Below, in pieces: positions 30,977 through 41,530 of a stretch of DNA of 64,000 nt (position 1 is the stretch's first letter; every line of letters starts with the position of its first letter). The position numbers and the translations under genes are program-made. The stretch lies in the IMG/VR virus record IMGVR_UViG_3300048591_000147, positions 62,001 through 126,000 of that record, one strand, 5' to 3'. The notes under the pieces were generated by a model, which saw only the letters and a list, made by a program, of their open reading frames with translations, searched no databases and had not been told where the DNA came from.

Positions 30977-31433
30977 GCGAGTGTGGTATATTACATTGGC
31001 AGGGGATGTACGCATCCCCTAAAGATGCGGATGGGTGTGTATTACCTGACATCCATGATGGTCCACATTTGTTTATAGACGAGGATGGAGTTGAATGGTG
31101 TTGGGAAACGGATTGGAGTTGTGAATGTGAACATTGTATGAGTGCTGAAGGCGATTATTGCACAATATACTGGAAGAAATGATTAGGTTGAGTGCTCTAA
31201 GACGTTCTGGCTAAATACTCCTTCACAACTTTAGGAGATTCAATCGTGAGAAACTTACTTAACAACTGGCAAGACATCGTAATGCCCATTATCTGTTTGG
31301 GTTTGGGTACATTCATCATCGCGGTTATGTTGGATGCCGTATCGAAGTTTTAACAAAACAATGTAATTAAACATCTTGACCTGTAGATATACTTATGGTA
31401 TTCTACAGGTCAACTCATTTATGGAACAACGAA

Positions 31434-32396
31434 ATGTCCTTCCTCGACAAGTTCTTTGGATTCTTCACTCTTAAGACAAGTGCAGAATTGCGTGGGGATA
31501 TTGCCGATCAGCAAGTCATCGAAGAGCATAACAGCCCAGAGAATGATTGGCGTCGTGATCGAAAGAATCTTGATTACGTCACTAATGGCATCGTCAAGCA
31601 GTATACGGATTTCCTTGATAACCTTATGAAAAGTAAGGAAATTATCCATAACTTGCTGGGTACTGAATTGATCTGTTTGCTTAATAAGCCAATCCTGCAA
31701 CAGGCAATGGTCAATGATGACAAGAATGATGGTGCAATTCATCTGCAATGGGCTTCAGGTAACGCGCACGATGAAATGACTGTTATGTCAGTGGGCTTTA
31801 ATAATAAAGGTTTGTTCCGTCTGACTTGTGCTAGCAAGTGCATTGGCCCTGAATCCCAAGACAGTGGCGTGTATATGTCTGAATTCAGTGAAACCATTGA
31901 TGCACTTCCAGAATGGTTCAAGAATATCCTTGAATTGATTAAGGAAGCTCATATGGATCATGTACGCGAGCTTGATTCTGAATCGGATTTGGATTTGGAT
32001 AAGCTTATTAACGAAACCAAAGCTCAGTTTGAACCTCGGATTAAAGCCGCCAAAGTCTGTCACGATGTTATCAGTTATGTGCTGCATGATGAATATCAGG
32101 ATATGGCGTATTATCCTAAGATCAGTGGTTCTACCGTGTTCGATACGGATACGTCATTCGCTGTTTATCTTTTGTGGAATCTGGAGGGTGGGGACCATCT
32201 GCATATGCGAGTAGAATACTACTACCCGAGTGACTTGGGAATTACTGTAGCTTTCTATTACGAAACACGAAATAAGCTGGTGTCTATCTCTAGTGGATTG
32301 ACAGAAATGTCAGCAAAGAATGTGCGGATGCCGAAATGGTTCGCTAGTGTGCTGGACAAAGTAAAAAGTTCCACATTCGGTGACAATACCAATTGA
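31434..32396 (+). CDS. hypothetical protein
   Basis: Long ORF with TTGACC-N17-TATTCT promoter upstream. Confidence 0.75.
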   Translation: MSFLDKFFGFFTLKTSAELRGDIADQQVIEEHNSPENDWRRDRKNLDYVTNGIVKQYTDFLDNLMKSKEIIHNLLGTELICLLNKPILQQAMVNDDKNDGAIHLQWASGNAHDEMTVMSVGFNNKGLFRLTCASKCIGPESQDSGVYMSEFSETIDALPEWFKNILELIKEAHMDHVRELDSESDLDLDKLINETKAQFEPRIKAAKVCHDVISYVLHDEYQDMAYYPKISGSTVFDTDTSFAVYLLWNLEGGDHLHMRVEYYYPSDLGITVAFYYETRNKLVSISSGLTEMSAKNVRMPKWFASVLDKVKSSTFGDNTN

Positions 32397-32420
32397 CATG
32401 TAATTAATTATGGGCTATGC

Positions 32421-32780
32421 TTGGCACATGTTCAACGATCAAAGAAGATCATGTGTCAGGCAATCTCTCATAAAGTAAAGAATCTTTCTTGCTTGGCGCC
32501 ACCGATCAATCTACTCTACGCCTACCAGAATGCCAAGTGCTTCTATTGCAACAAGTACATGGAATTCTTCGCACATAGGGGTGGACATGTGCTACAGAAA
32601 GGTTATACAATTGACCACCTGTTCCCACGTTCCAAAGGTTTCCGCAAAGCTGGTAACAGTGTGTTGAGTTGTCGTAGGTGTAACGAAATCAAAGGTAATC
32701 GAATGCCAACCGTAAAAGAAATCAATAAGGCATTCGATCTTTATAAACTAATGGGTCGAACATTCATCTTGGAGGCTTAA
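32421..32780 (+). CDS. short HNH endonuclease
   Basis: CFYC...TIDHLFPRSKG...NSVLSCRRCNEIKG. Confidence 0.8.
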   Translation: MAHVQRSKKIMCQAISHKVKNLSCLAPPINLLYAYQNAKCFYCNKYMEFFAHRGGHVLQKGYTIDHLFPRSKGFRKAGNSVLSCRRCNEIKGNRMPTVKEINKAFDLYKLMGRTFILEA

Positions 32781-33296
32781 ATGTCACTTACTCATTATGG
32801 TGCGTCCATGCGCCCGAGTATGCTGAAATCGCAAGCGGTGATCATGGCTAATCGATTGGCTGACAAATATACCAGCAAAGATGACAGGCTTGTGTTATTC
32901 TATTCTGGTATGTCAGGGGTGGCCAGCGCAACTGCATTGTCTATCGTGATGGATGATGACCACAATTTTCCAGTGATTACTGCCATGGTTTACGTGCGTA
33001 AGCTAGGTGAAGTGTCACATGGCATTCATATTGAATCCAGTATCATTAATACCATTGAGCCAGCGCACAGACTTGTACCTATCTTTGTGGATGATTTTGT
33101 TTGTAATGGTACTACGTTCAAGTATGTTAAGCGTGAAGTGGCTAAGTACGTCAGGGACAATACTGTTTTGTTCTATGACTATAATGCCAATTCTATAAAA
33201 TTCTTCGATAAGTTATCTCGCGCAAGAAATTGGATGATAGCAGAAGTGGATCGTGGTTCATTGAAGTCCCCAGACAAGGCCCTAGAAGATGCTTGA
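32781..33296 (+). CDS. phosphoribosyltransferase-like protein
   Basis: SGMSG, VRK...SHG and the PRPP-binding loop IFVDDFVCNGTT. Confidence 0.7.
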   Translation: MSLTHYGASMRPSMLKSQAVIMANRLADKYTSKDDRLVLFYSGMSGVASATALSIVMDDDHNFPVITAMVYVRKLGEVSHGIHIESSIINTIEPAHRLVPIFVDDFVCNGTTFKYVKREVAKYVRDNTVLFYDYNANSIKFFDKLSRARNWMIAEVDRGSLKSPDKALEDA

Positions 33297-33631
33297 CAAG
33301 GCTGAAGCAAAAGGTTATATTGTATACCTCAAGACGCTGTTCCTATCCGATGAGGATGTAGCAGAGTCAAAACGCGGACTTCGCGAATATCTAGCACAGG
33401 ACGATGAAGAGTCATGTTTACCTTTGGAGACATTGTTGAAGGCATAACCGCCATACTGAGTGTGTATGTCGAAGTTTTCCTTAAGGCAATCGGAATGGTG
33501 TTTGGCATCCTTGGGTTGCACCTAATAGGTGTGGTGTTGTTCTTTCCCATCTTTGGTGCTCTGATCTGGTGCACATATTACATCTTCATAGGTATAGGAA
33601 ATGTTCTATACTTTATTGGACATTTGTTTTA

Positions 33632-34042
33632 ATGCCCACAATCGTTCCAACTACTAGGCAAATGCGTTTCTTTACCCGTGCCTGTCTAGCCATGAAAAAA
33701 TCCACACATCACACGCCTACTGGGTGTGTGATTGTGTCTGGAAACTATGTGGTGTCTGAAGGATTCAATCAAAAAAAATCTCACACAATTCAGCATCGAA
33801 ACGATAGAAAAGTTGACTATCATGCCGCATACGCTAATATTCATGCAGAAGTCAATGCATTGATCAAGTCCAAGTTTTTCGATTTGAGTAATTGCGAATT
33901 GTATTTGTATCGTGAAGACAAACTTGGCATGATTGCCAATAGTAGGCCATGTATTTCTTGTATGCCAGCACTGATTACTGCTGGTGTCAGGCATTTATAT
34001 TACACAGACAAGTTTGGTTATTGCTATGAGCGAGTGGGCTGA
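33632..34042 (+). CDS. zinc-dependent cytidine/dCMP deaminase-fold protein
   Basis: HAEVNAL and PCISC motifs. Confidence 0.8.
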   Translation: MPTIVPTTRQMRFFTRACLAMKKSTHHTPTGCVIVSGNYVVSEGFNQKKSHTIQHRNDRKVDYHAAYANIHAEVNALIKSKFFDLSNCELYLYREDKLGMIANSRPCISCMPALITAGVRHLYYTDKFGYCYERVG

Positions 34043-34953
34043 CCATCATTAGCCGACCATTCATTATTAATATAATTTAGATTATGTCCAAATTTTGATA
34101 TTATTCGCAGAAGACTTCTCTTATTTAATCCGATAGTTCTACTAGCTAATGATATAGATGCGTATACAACATTGTTTATAGTAATGGATTTATTTGTACT
34201 ATGTTGTATCAATGGTAATTGTACTTTTGGATTGTCATTATTATACCACATTCTATTGGATAGCAATAAGTGTCTACCAAATTTATTGATCGCATTAGTA
34301 ATTGCATGTGTGCCCATATCTATGGCCTTTGACGCATTCAATATTGATGGATACATCACATCATTGATGGATATTGGTTTAGACTTCGGATGAGTTTCAC
34401 TGGAATAAGTAGTTTTGTTAGCTACTACATATTCTGATTTATTCTTTTGCTTACGGCCGCCTCGTGGTCGTCTCATTTTGTCTATTGTTTCTTTGGAAAA
34501 TATTCTACCTTTCATCGCATTTGATAATTTCTCTCTCGTTTCTTTAGATTTTATCTTACCTTTCATCTTCTCCCTTGTTTGTAAAGAATGTTTCTTACCT
34601 AGTCTGGCTAAACGCCTTTTTTCTTTAGTTGCTTCAGATGTTGGCTGTTTCTTTTCTGTTGGACCGCCTTGACCACCGGGTGCGACATTATATCCTATGG
34701 CCGGATTTCTAGCATCTAATTGCACTATCAATGTCTGTTCCATATCTAAAATTGTTTGTTTGTCATCTGATTCAAAAAGAATTTCTGATTGAAAATTCTC
34801 AAATCCGTATAAATGTAATGCATGTTGAAAATGAGATTTACCTTTATTTCTCTTACAATGTTTCTCAAAACGTTCTTCTATATTTTTAGATGTATAGCCG
34901 ATGTAAAACTTACCATCTATACGATTAGTTACTTTGTATACTATGTATTTCAT
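34024..34953 (-). CDS. free-standing GIY-YIG homing endonuclease with NUMOD3-like repeats
   Basis: IVYKVTN..DGKFYIG, GYN and HSLQTREKM / KSKETREKLS repeats; TATAAATA at 34975-34982 (minus strand). Confidence 0.88.
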   Translation of the reverse strand: MKYIVYKVTNRIDGKFYIGYTSKNIEERFEKHCKRNKGKSHFQHALHLYGFENFQSEILFESDDKQTILDMEQTLIVQLDARNPAIGYNVAPGGQGGPTEKKQPTSEATKEKRRLARLGKKHSLQTREKMKGKIKSKETREKLSNAMKGRIFSKETIDKMRRPRGGRKQKNKSEYVVANKTTYSSETHPKSKPISINDVMYPSILNASKAIDMGTHAITNAINKFGRHLLLSNRMWYNNDNPKVQLPLIQHSTNKSITINNVVYASISLASRTIGLNKRSLLRIISKFGHNLNYINNEWSANDGQPTRS

Positions 34954-35052
34954 ATTTTTGCTCCCATGATCTTCTATTTATATCAAAATGCATTCAGTGT
35001 TCATTCAGGCTGAATTTGATAGACTATAGGCCGATCAACTAGGAATCTTTAA

Positions 35053-35526
35053 ATGATAAAGATAATCAAGAAAGATGTAACGACTGTGACATCTGGTGTT
35101 GTAGCACATGGAGCGAACGCAGTTTCTGTTATGGGAAGTGGGGTAGCATTAGCTATTGCAGGGAAATGGCCCAAAGTCTTTGAACAATACAAAATATATT
35201 TGGCAACTTACGGAAAGGATTTCCATAAAGCATTAGGAAACACACAGCTAGTCATACTAGATGACAATCTATGGGTGGTAAATTGCATTACTCAAGTGTA
35301 TACTGGTTTTGATAAGTTTGGCAATCCTCCAGCTAGCCTAGATGCAATTGAGAGATCATTGCGGGAGACTATCATACACTGTAATACGCTTAATTTAGAT
35401 CTTTATACACCACAGATTGGTTGTGGTCTTGGTGGTCTAGACTGGGAAACTCAAGTGAAGCCAATCTATGAAAAGCTTTCTGAAGAGTTGAGCGATGGTT
35501 TGAACTGGTATGTTTGCACAATCTAA
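35053..35526 (+). CDS. macrodomain (ADP-ribose processing) protein
   Basis: AHGANA...MGSGVALAI and PQIGCGLGGLDW motifs. Confidence 0.85.
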   Translation: MIKIIKKDVTTVTSGVVAHGANAVSVMGSGVALAIAGKWPKVFEQYKIYLATYGKDFHKALGNTQLVILDDNLWVVNCITQVYTGFDKFGNPPASLDAIERSLRETIIHCNTLNLDLYTPQIGCGLGGLDWETQVKPIYEKLSEELSDGLNWYVCTI

Positions 35527-35952
35527 GGGATGATTATGAACGAAAATGTAAAAGATGGCACCTACAATGAAAGTAATGAACGTCAGCGCATGTTGAACAA
35601 TTTGGCAAAGAATGGTTTGCGTGGTGATGATGTCCATGGTAAGCTTGCTTGGAACATTGTGACACAGACTCACGAACTTGCGTATAAACAGGAAGACCTC
35701 TTCGCTGAATTATGCAATCTAATCAACAAGATACGTAACTCGAAGCGATAAAATGCGCAAGTTAGATAATGACGAATGCTGTGCAGCCTGTCGGGGTTGG
35801 ATGGGTAATGTTGAGTGGGAGTCTAGCGTTTACTCACCGAATAGGCGATTTTTGTTATGTGAGTATTGTGGGCAAAATGAAGAAGCAATGATCGACCAGA
35901 AAGGTTGTAATGATCTTCCTGAACTTATTAAACTATATGAGAGTAATGTTAT

Positions 35953-36270
35953 ATGAACATCCAACGCCTGCGAACCCTTACCACTCGTAAACTCCATGCT
36001 GACATCGGTTTCGTCTATGATGACATTGAATACTTGAGTGGTGCTCCGGGGATCATGACACACCACATTCCCGCTGCAATGGCTGCACTACAACCATACC
36101 TGCGAGCACAGATCACTGATCCTCGTTTCTGGGATGGTGAATATGATGACACGCATACGGGTGAAATTGATCTTCGTCCGATGAATGAGGAAGAGCTTGA
36201 GGCTTTCTGGAAAGAATTTGAAGTCCAGATCAACAAGTTTTGGGATGCGGTTGAAGAATCAAAAACGTAA
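35953..36270 (+). CDS. phage hypothetical protein
   Basis: 105-aa ORF in a coupled operon. Confidence 0.7.
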   Translation: MNIQRLRTLTTRKLHADIGFVYDDIEYLSGAPGIMTHHIPAAMAALQPYLRAQITDPRFWDGEYDDTHTGEIDLRPMNEEELEAFWKEFEVQINKFWDAVEESKT

Positions 36271-37099
36271 TTTTATTCTACGCTACCCACAATAATATGT
36301 GGGTAGCGTGCTTGGTATAATAAGCCACACCAGAGTTTTTAGCAGGGTATAGGTGGGGTATACTTACGTAAGCGTTAGCATTTAATGATCACCAAGGGCC
36401 ATAGCAATGACTACACATCAAAACTGTTATGCGACAAGAGCCGAAGCTTTTGAGCGCATTGATTTCTGCTTGCGTAGATCGACATTGCTTTATAAAATAC
36501 TTGGGATTGTAGCGCGATTCACCGTCAAGTATTATGGCCATGACATCCCACTAGTATTGAAGCATCGTTTAGCTTCATTAAGAAACAACATGACATACTA
36601 TTATGATCAGGTGTTCTACGTAAGGTGGGATGGATATTCTGCCGCTGAACACTTAGCTTATATCAAGCGGCAAAGAGAAGAGCTAACTGTCAAGATGTGT
36701 CGAAAGACTTTCAGAAAGAAATTCTACTTCTCCAAGTCCAATAGGATATTAAGCAAATATCTTGGTAATCGATATCCACCAGCATTGCAGAATGCAGGAT
36801 TTGTGTGGGATGAGTTTACCAATCTACCAGTAAATTCTGATGACGATTATACAACCAGTTATAACTCAGAAGATTATAAGATGCCTTGGTGGCATGTCGG
36901 TTGGGATGCAACCTGAACGCAGGCTGAACAGAATTTCGCGGCCATGGTTCTCGCCAACCCTTGATAATAGCTGACTCATTCTGAACCTACGCTGAACGGA
37001 ATTACTTCTTTTATAAATTTAATAAGAATTTACAATTCGGTGAGGGTTCAGCATGGCAGGTTGAAGCTGAATGAACTCTGAACAGAATTCAAAAGTCGC

Positions 37100-37143
37100 T
37101 TGACTTATAATCAATTATAAGGTAAAATGGGTGCGTGGTCGGA
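37100..37143 (+). repeat. dispersed element copy
   Basis: TTGACT-N17-TAAAAT-GGGTGCGTGGTCGGA; two mismatches relative to the copy at 60360-60403. Confidence 0.9.
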
Positions 37144-38079
37144 GAGAGTAGTTATCGATTGGGAGTGTGGTAAAAATACAACACCCCGTGCGCATTTGTT
37201 GCACAAATACAACAAAATAAAGCTTGCATTGTTTTATAAGTGGTGTAGAATACAATACATACACGGGAGACAAGAAATGAACGCACAACATCTCTGCAAC
37301 TTGCACGCCTTGGAAGAACTGCGCTCTGATTATACCAAGCCCATGACTCGTGAAGAATTCATTGCATATTGGCTCAACTGTGGCAATGATCCTTATGATA
37401 TGCCCGCTCTGGAATCATGCATCGAAGGAATCGGTGAAAGCATCAGTGAATTTGGGAGCGAGTGCGCCTTGTTTGGTGATGCTGGTCCCGGTTCTCTTTA
37501 TCATATTCAACGCAGAATCGAACGCATTCAGGGTGTTGTACATCGCTTGAATGAATTTGGTTGCAATATTACGATGCCGCAGTTTCGTATTCCGATGCTT
37601 GGTGCTCATGCTGCATACGATGATCGTTATTGATTCAGCAACTGTTCAGGTTCAACCCGTATAATACATTACATCACCAATCAGGGGTCCGATAACATGA
37701 AGAAATTCAATAGGGTAAAGGATACCGTAGAGTCGGTGATGGAACGGCTCACCGATATTCATCATATGTATTATGATCCCATTGACAAGAGCACTATCGA
37801 TTATCCGAAAATGTGTAGGCATCTTGACTTCCAGAAGGGAGAAGTTAAGAATTACCTAGCCAGAGGTTGGTACGGTGGTGAAATTGTTGCGTTTTTGCAA
37901 CACTTAAAGGAAATTAACCCGCATCAACCCGAAGAACTCGCAATAGCGAACATGACCAGTATTCGCGATATGGTATGCAGGCGTTTTGGTCTTCCGCTTA
38001 CAACACGTCAAATGTGATATTCAGCAACCGTTCAGCTAATTACGTTATAATAGCACCATACCAACCAAGGACAAACGCC

Positions 38080-38613
38080 ATGACCATCGAAACTGATCTG
38101 CGCGCTGCTTTCACTCGTCACATGGACAATGCTTGCCGTTTGTATCCTGATCTGGCTCGCATCAGCAGCAGGGTGATGTTTGAGATCAAGTATAACATGG
38201 GGCGACGGGCAGGAACTGCATACGGTCACAGTCGGGTGTGTGTCAATCTCGCCATGGCTCGCCAGAATTTCGGTCACATTGCAAACGATACGATTCCTCA
38301 CGAAATTGCGCATATCATCTGCTCATATTTCAATTGGGACAATGGGCACGGACGCATGTGGAAGCGTGTGGCTGCAAGCCTTGGAATCGTCCCGAATCGT
38401 TGCTTTTCCACTGTTGACACTGGCATCAAAGCTGTTACCATGCGTCAGCGGACTAAGTACCTGCACAAGGCAACGTGTGGAACTGAAATTTGGGTGGGTG
38501 ACGTGCTCCACAAAAAGATCATGAACGGTGATAATAGTCGTTTGCTCAGGAATACGGGTGGTCGATTGTCTGCCAGCACCTACACGGGGAAGTTTAACCT
38601 TTCACGCTCCTGA
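38080..38613 (+). CDS. SprT-like zinc metalloprotein
   Basis: HEIAH and GHGRMWK motifs; tandem-TTCAG promoter at 38021-38047. Confidence 0.85.
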   Translation: MTIETDLRAAFTRHMDNACRLYPDLARISSRVMFEIKYNMGRRAGTAYGHSRVCVNLAMARQNFGHIANDTIPHEIAHIICSYFNWDNGHGRMWKRVAASLGIVPNRCFSTVDTGIKAVTMRQRTKYLHKATCGTEIWVGDVLHKKIMNGDNSRLLRNTGGRLSASTYTGKFNLSRS

Positions 38614-38662
38614 TCAAATAGTTCTTGATTCTCAGCAACAGATAGTCTATAGTTGATTCTCT

Positions 38663-38770
38663 GGGAGCGTGGCCAAGTGGTAAGGCAGCAGACTTTTTAA
38701 GTATTTTTACAGTCATTAAGAATACTTAGAAATCTGTTTATCGTGGGTTCGAATCCCACCGCTCCCACCA
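38663..38770 (+). tRNA. tRNA (probably Lys-UUU) with a 33-nt insertion in the anticodon loop
   Basis: Perfect acceptor, D and T arms and CCA; 40 nt between the GCAGA and TCTGT anticodon stem strands. Confidence 0.75.
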
Positions 38771-38826
38771 AATATTCAAAAAGTCGAACCACTCGTATAA
38801 ATACTTTCATACGAGTGGAGTTCGAT

Positions 38827-39447
38827 ATGAAAGAATGTAAAAAGTGTAATAAGGGGTTTTTACCAAGTAAAGGGTTAGTCAGTTACTGTTCGCTACAATG
38901 TAGAAACTCAAGAGTCTTTTCTGAAGAAACTAAAACCAAAAAGAGAGAAGCATCGGTTATATATTGGAACTCATTAACCGATGAACAACGTGTGGCAATT
39001 TCCAAGAGTATTCACTCCAAAGAAAGAGTTGAAAAATCACGTCAGACCTACAGAAAAAAATTGTTGGCGGCAGATTTTGAGTCGCTAGGTTCTGGTGGAC
39101 AAAGAACTAGAATTATACATGAACAGGATAACACTTGTAATAGATGTAAAAACGCAGAATGGTTGGGTTTCCCTATCATTCTAGAAATTGATCATATAGA
39201 TGGTAACAATTTGAATAATGCAAGGGACAACCTAGAAGGCATATGTCCCAATTGTCATTCTTTAACGCCTACGTGGCGCGGTAGGAACAAACCGTCACGA
39301 AATGGTTTAGTGAAAGTTACTGATGAAGAGTTGTTGAAAAATATTTCAGAGTATGGTAACATAAGACAAGGTCTTCTAGCTTCCGGTATTGCTGCAAAGG
39401 GTAGCAACTATGAGAGAGCAAAGAAGTTATTAAATATTGACAAATAA
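38827..39447 (+). CDS. HNH homing endonuclease with N-terminal zinc finger
   Basis: C..C...YCS..C; LEIDHIDGNNLNNARDNLEGICPNCHS; TATAAATA at 38796-38803. Confidence 0.85.
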   Translation: MKECKKCNKGFLPSKGLVSYCSLQCRNSRVFSEETKTKKREASVIYWNSLTDEQRVAISKSIHSKERVEKSRQTYRKKLLAADFESLGSGGQRTRIIHEQDNTCNRCKNAEWLGFPIILEIDHIDGNNLNNARDNLEGICPNCHSLTPTWRGRNKPSRNGLVKVTDEELLKNISEYGNIRQGLLASGIAAKGSNYERAKKLLNIDK

Positions 39448-41043
39448 AGGAAGTTACACATGCTAGCAATCGTCTCAATTTTACTATTTCTTTGCGTTGG
39501 AATTCCATTGGCATTCTACAATGGTGTCATTGTTGCAGATGCTTGGAATTGGTTCATCAAAGATCCATTTGGTCTACCTGCACTCTCTAGCCTTCAGGGT
39601 TGGGGTATGATGCTGTTCATTAGCTCCACCACGATCTTCAGGGAAGTTCAACGAGTACTTGCCCAGAAGAAAGAGAATGAACCCGATTTTGAAGAAGCTT
39701 TGGGCAAGACTCTCTTACTTTTCATTACATTCTTTATCACTGCACTATTCGTCCATGGTTACATGTGGGCCATTCACACTTTATTCTGGTGAAAACTTGT
39801 GAATAATCAATACTTTATCTCGAAACCATTTTACGATGCTGTCGAGAGTGCATGCAAAACGCTGGAAAATTCGAAAATCAGTGTGGAGCGAGAAATGGCG
39901 GCACAAAGTCCGCCATATGCTGGTGAAGTGTTGAATCTATTGTTGACAAGGTTAGCCGAAATTGACTTAGAAATCAGTGCCTTACAGGTTTTCTTGAAAC
40001 AATTTCAGTATTTGTTCAGGCGCCATTCAGTCAATTGATGGTATCATAGCTTTAACAACTGGAGATTGACATGTACGAACAAATGATCGGCAAGAAAGTC
40101 ACCAAGCTGCGGGATGGTAAGAACCCCAAGCCGTTCAAGTCACGGTTGATCGTGAACACTGTCAAGGGTATCATCAATCATCCCATCCTGAACAGGCCAG
40201 CATTCACATTCGAAGAAGATGACTCATTCGTGGAATGTCGCCGCTGCTATGCACAATCTGATGAAGGTGATTCTGACAGATGGTGTCAGTAAAGAATTCA
40301 TAGAAAATGGTAAAGCCGAGGATTTTGAACCCCATGAGCACTCGTAAACAAGTCTGGTATTTCAAGTTCAATTATTGTATACTTGGCCCTATCATTTGGC
40401 AAGCAAAATGGGCGGGTAGGGAGTATAATCCAGAAGATTTACCGGATTATGTTTATGCGGCACTCGGAATGGCTGGACATGTTCGCCTCACCCGTGCTAG
40501 AATGTATCCTGATTTGAATCAGTTTGAAAGCGAGAGTAAGTTGGGTAGAACATACCCGCTACACTGGCGCTGGAACCGTGTAGAAATTCAACCGGAGTAA
40601 CTGAAATGGCTCAGATGAACATCGAATGTATTGATATACAGGAATTCCTGAATGTTATCAAGGGCTTAGTCATGCGAGGCTTGACATTCGACGCCAATGC
40701 GACTACATTCAAGATCAAACTTACTGGAGGATTTTAACATGACACAAGCAATAATCCGCGTGAAGGGTGATCCAAGCGTTGGAATCAAGCATCAAGACTT
40801 CATTGTTGATGACCTTGAACTCATGGACCAAGCACATGCTACGGATGTTGCCTTGGCGTTGCGTCAATGCTTCGCGAGGATCACTGGAGAACATGTCAAT
40901 GATGTTACTGTCAGGTTTGTCAATGATGAAATTGTGGCAGATGAACGAGCATTGGATGATCGCATGGGTAGCTGGAAAGTCGAAGGGTTGACTGACACCT
41001 ACCTCAACGAACAGCGCAATTAATCGCGCTTTTCCTAGTCTCC

Positions 41044-41090
41044 CCGACCTCCAACCCATTTTACCATATCAATACTGAACAATAGCTGAA
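41044..41090 (-). repeat. dispersed element copy (minus strand)
   Basis: Reverse complement reads ttcag-N6-ttcag-N11-taaaat-gggttggaggtcgg. Confidence 0.85.
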
Positions 41091-41112
41091 TGGGCCATTT
41101 CTGGCCCATTCT

Positions 41113-41334
41113 TTAGAACCAACCGATGATGCAGCCAATCGGCCAGAGGAAGATTGCAACGATTCGTACCATCGTTTCACCATCAATGACTGATGCATTC
41201 CATACAGCCTTGACGTTCAACACCCATCCCCATGCCATCGCGGCAATAAACAGGCCAACCAGTGTTACGGTGATCCAGTTGGTCATACGATCAAGAAACC
41301 GCTTGCGCTTCGATACTCCTACCCAGTTAGCCAT
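41113..41334 (-). CDS. small membrane protein
   Basis: Two hydrophobic helices; TTGACT-N17-TATAGT promoter and GAGGA RBS on the minus strand. Confidence 0.7.
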   Translation of the reverse strand: MANWVGVSKRKRFLDRMTNWITVTLVGLFIAAMAWGWVLNVKAVWNASVIDGETMVRIVAIFLWPIGCIIGWF

Positions 41335-41530
41335 GTATGTTCCTCGTTGTGTGTGATAGAAACTATACGCCAACCATATCCTATAGTCAATGATCAATTC
41401 AGATTCATTCAGAAATGATTAACGAATCTGTTACAAAAAAGGTGTTGCATCTTTTAGAACTAAAGACTATGATTGCTCCACGGTGGTGATGAGCACTACC
41501 GACCAACCCCAAATATGAAGGAGTTTCACC

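Noticed and set aside
37127-37276. ATG inside the G-rich element as a conserved translation start (MGAWSE...)
   Set aside because: The ATG overlaps the -10 hexamer, has no RBS, and frames downstream of other copies are short or unrelated
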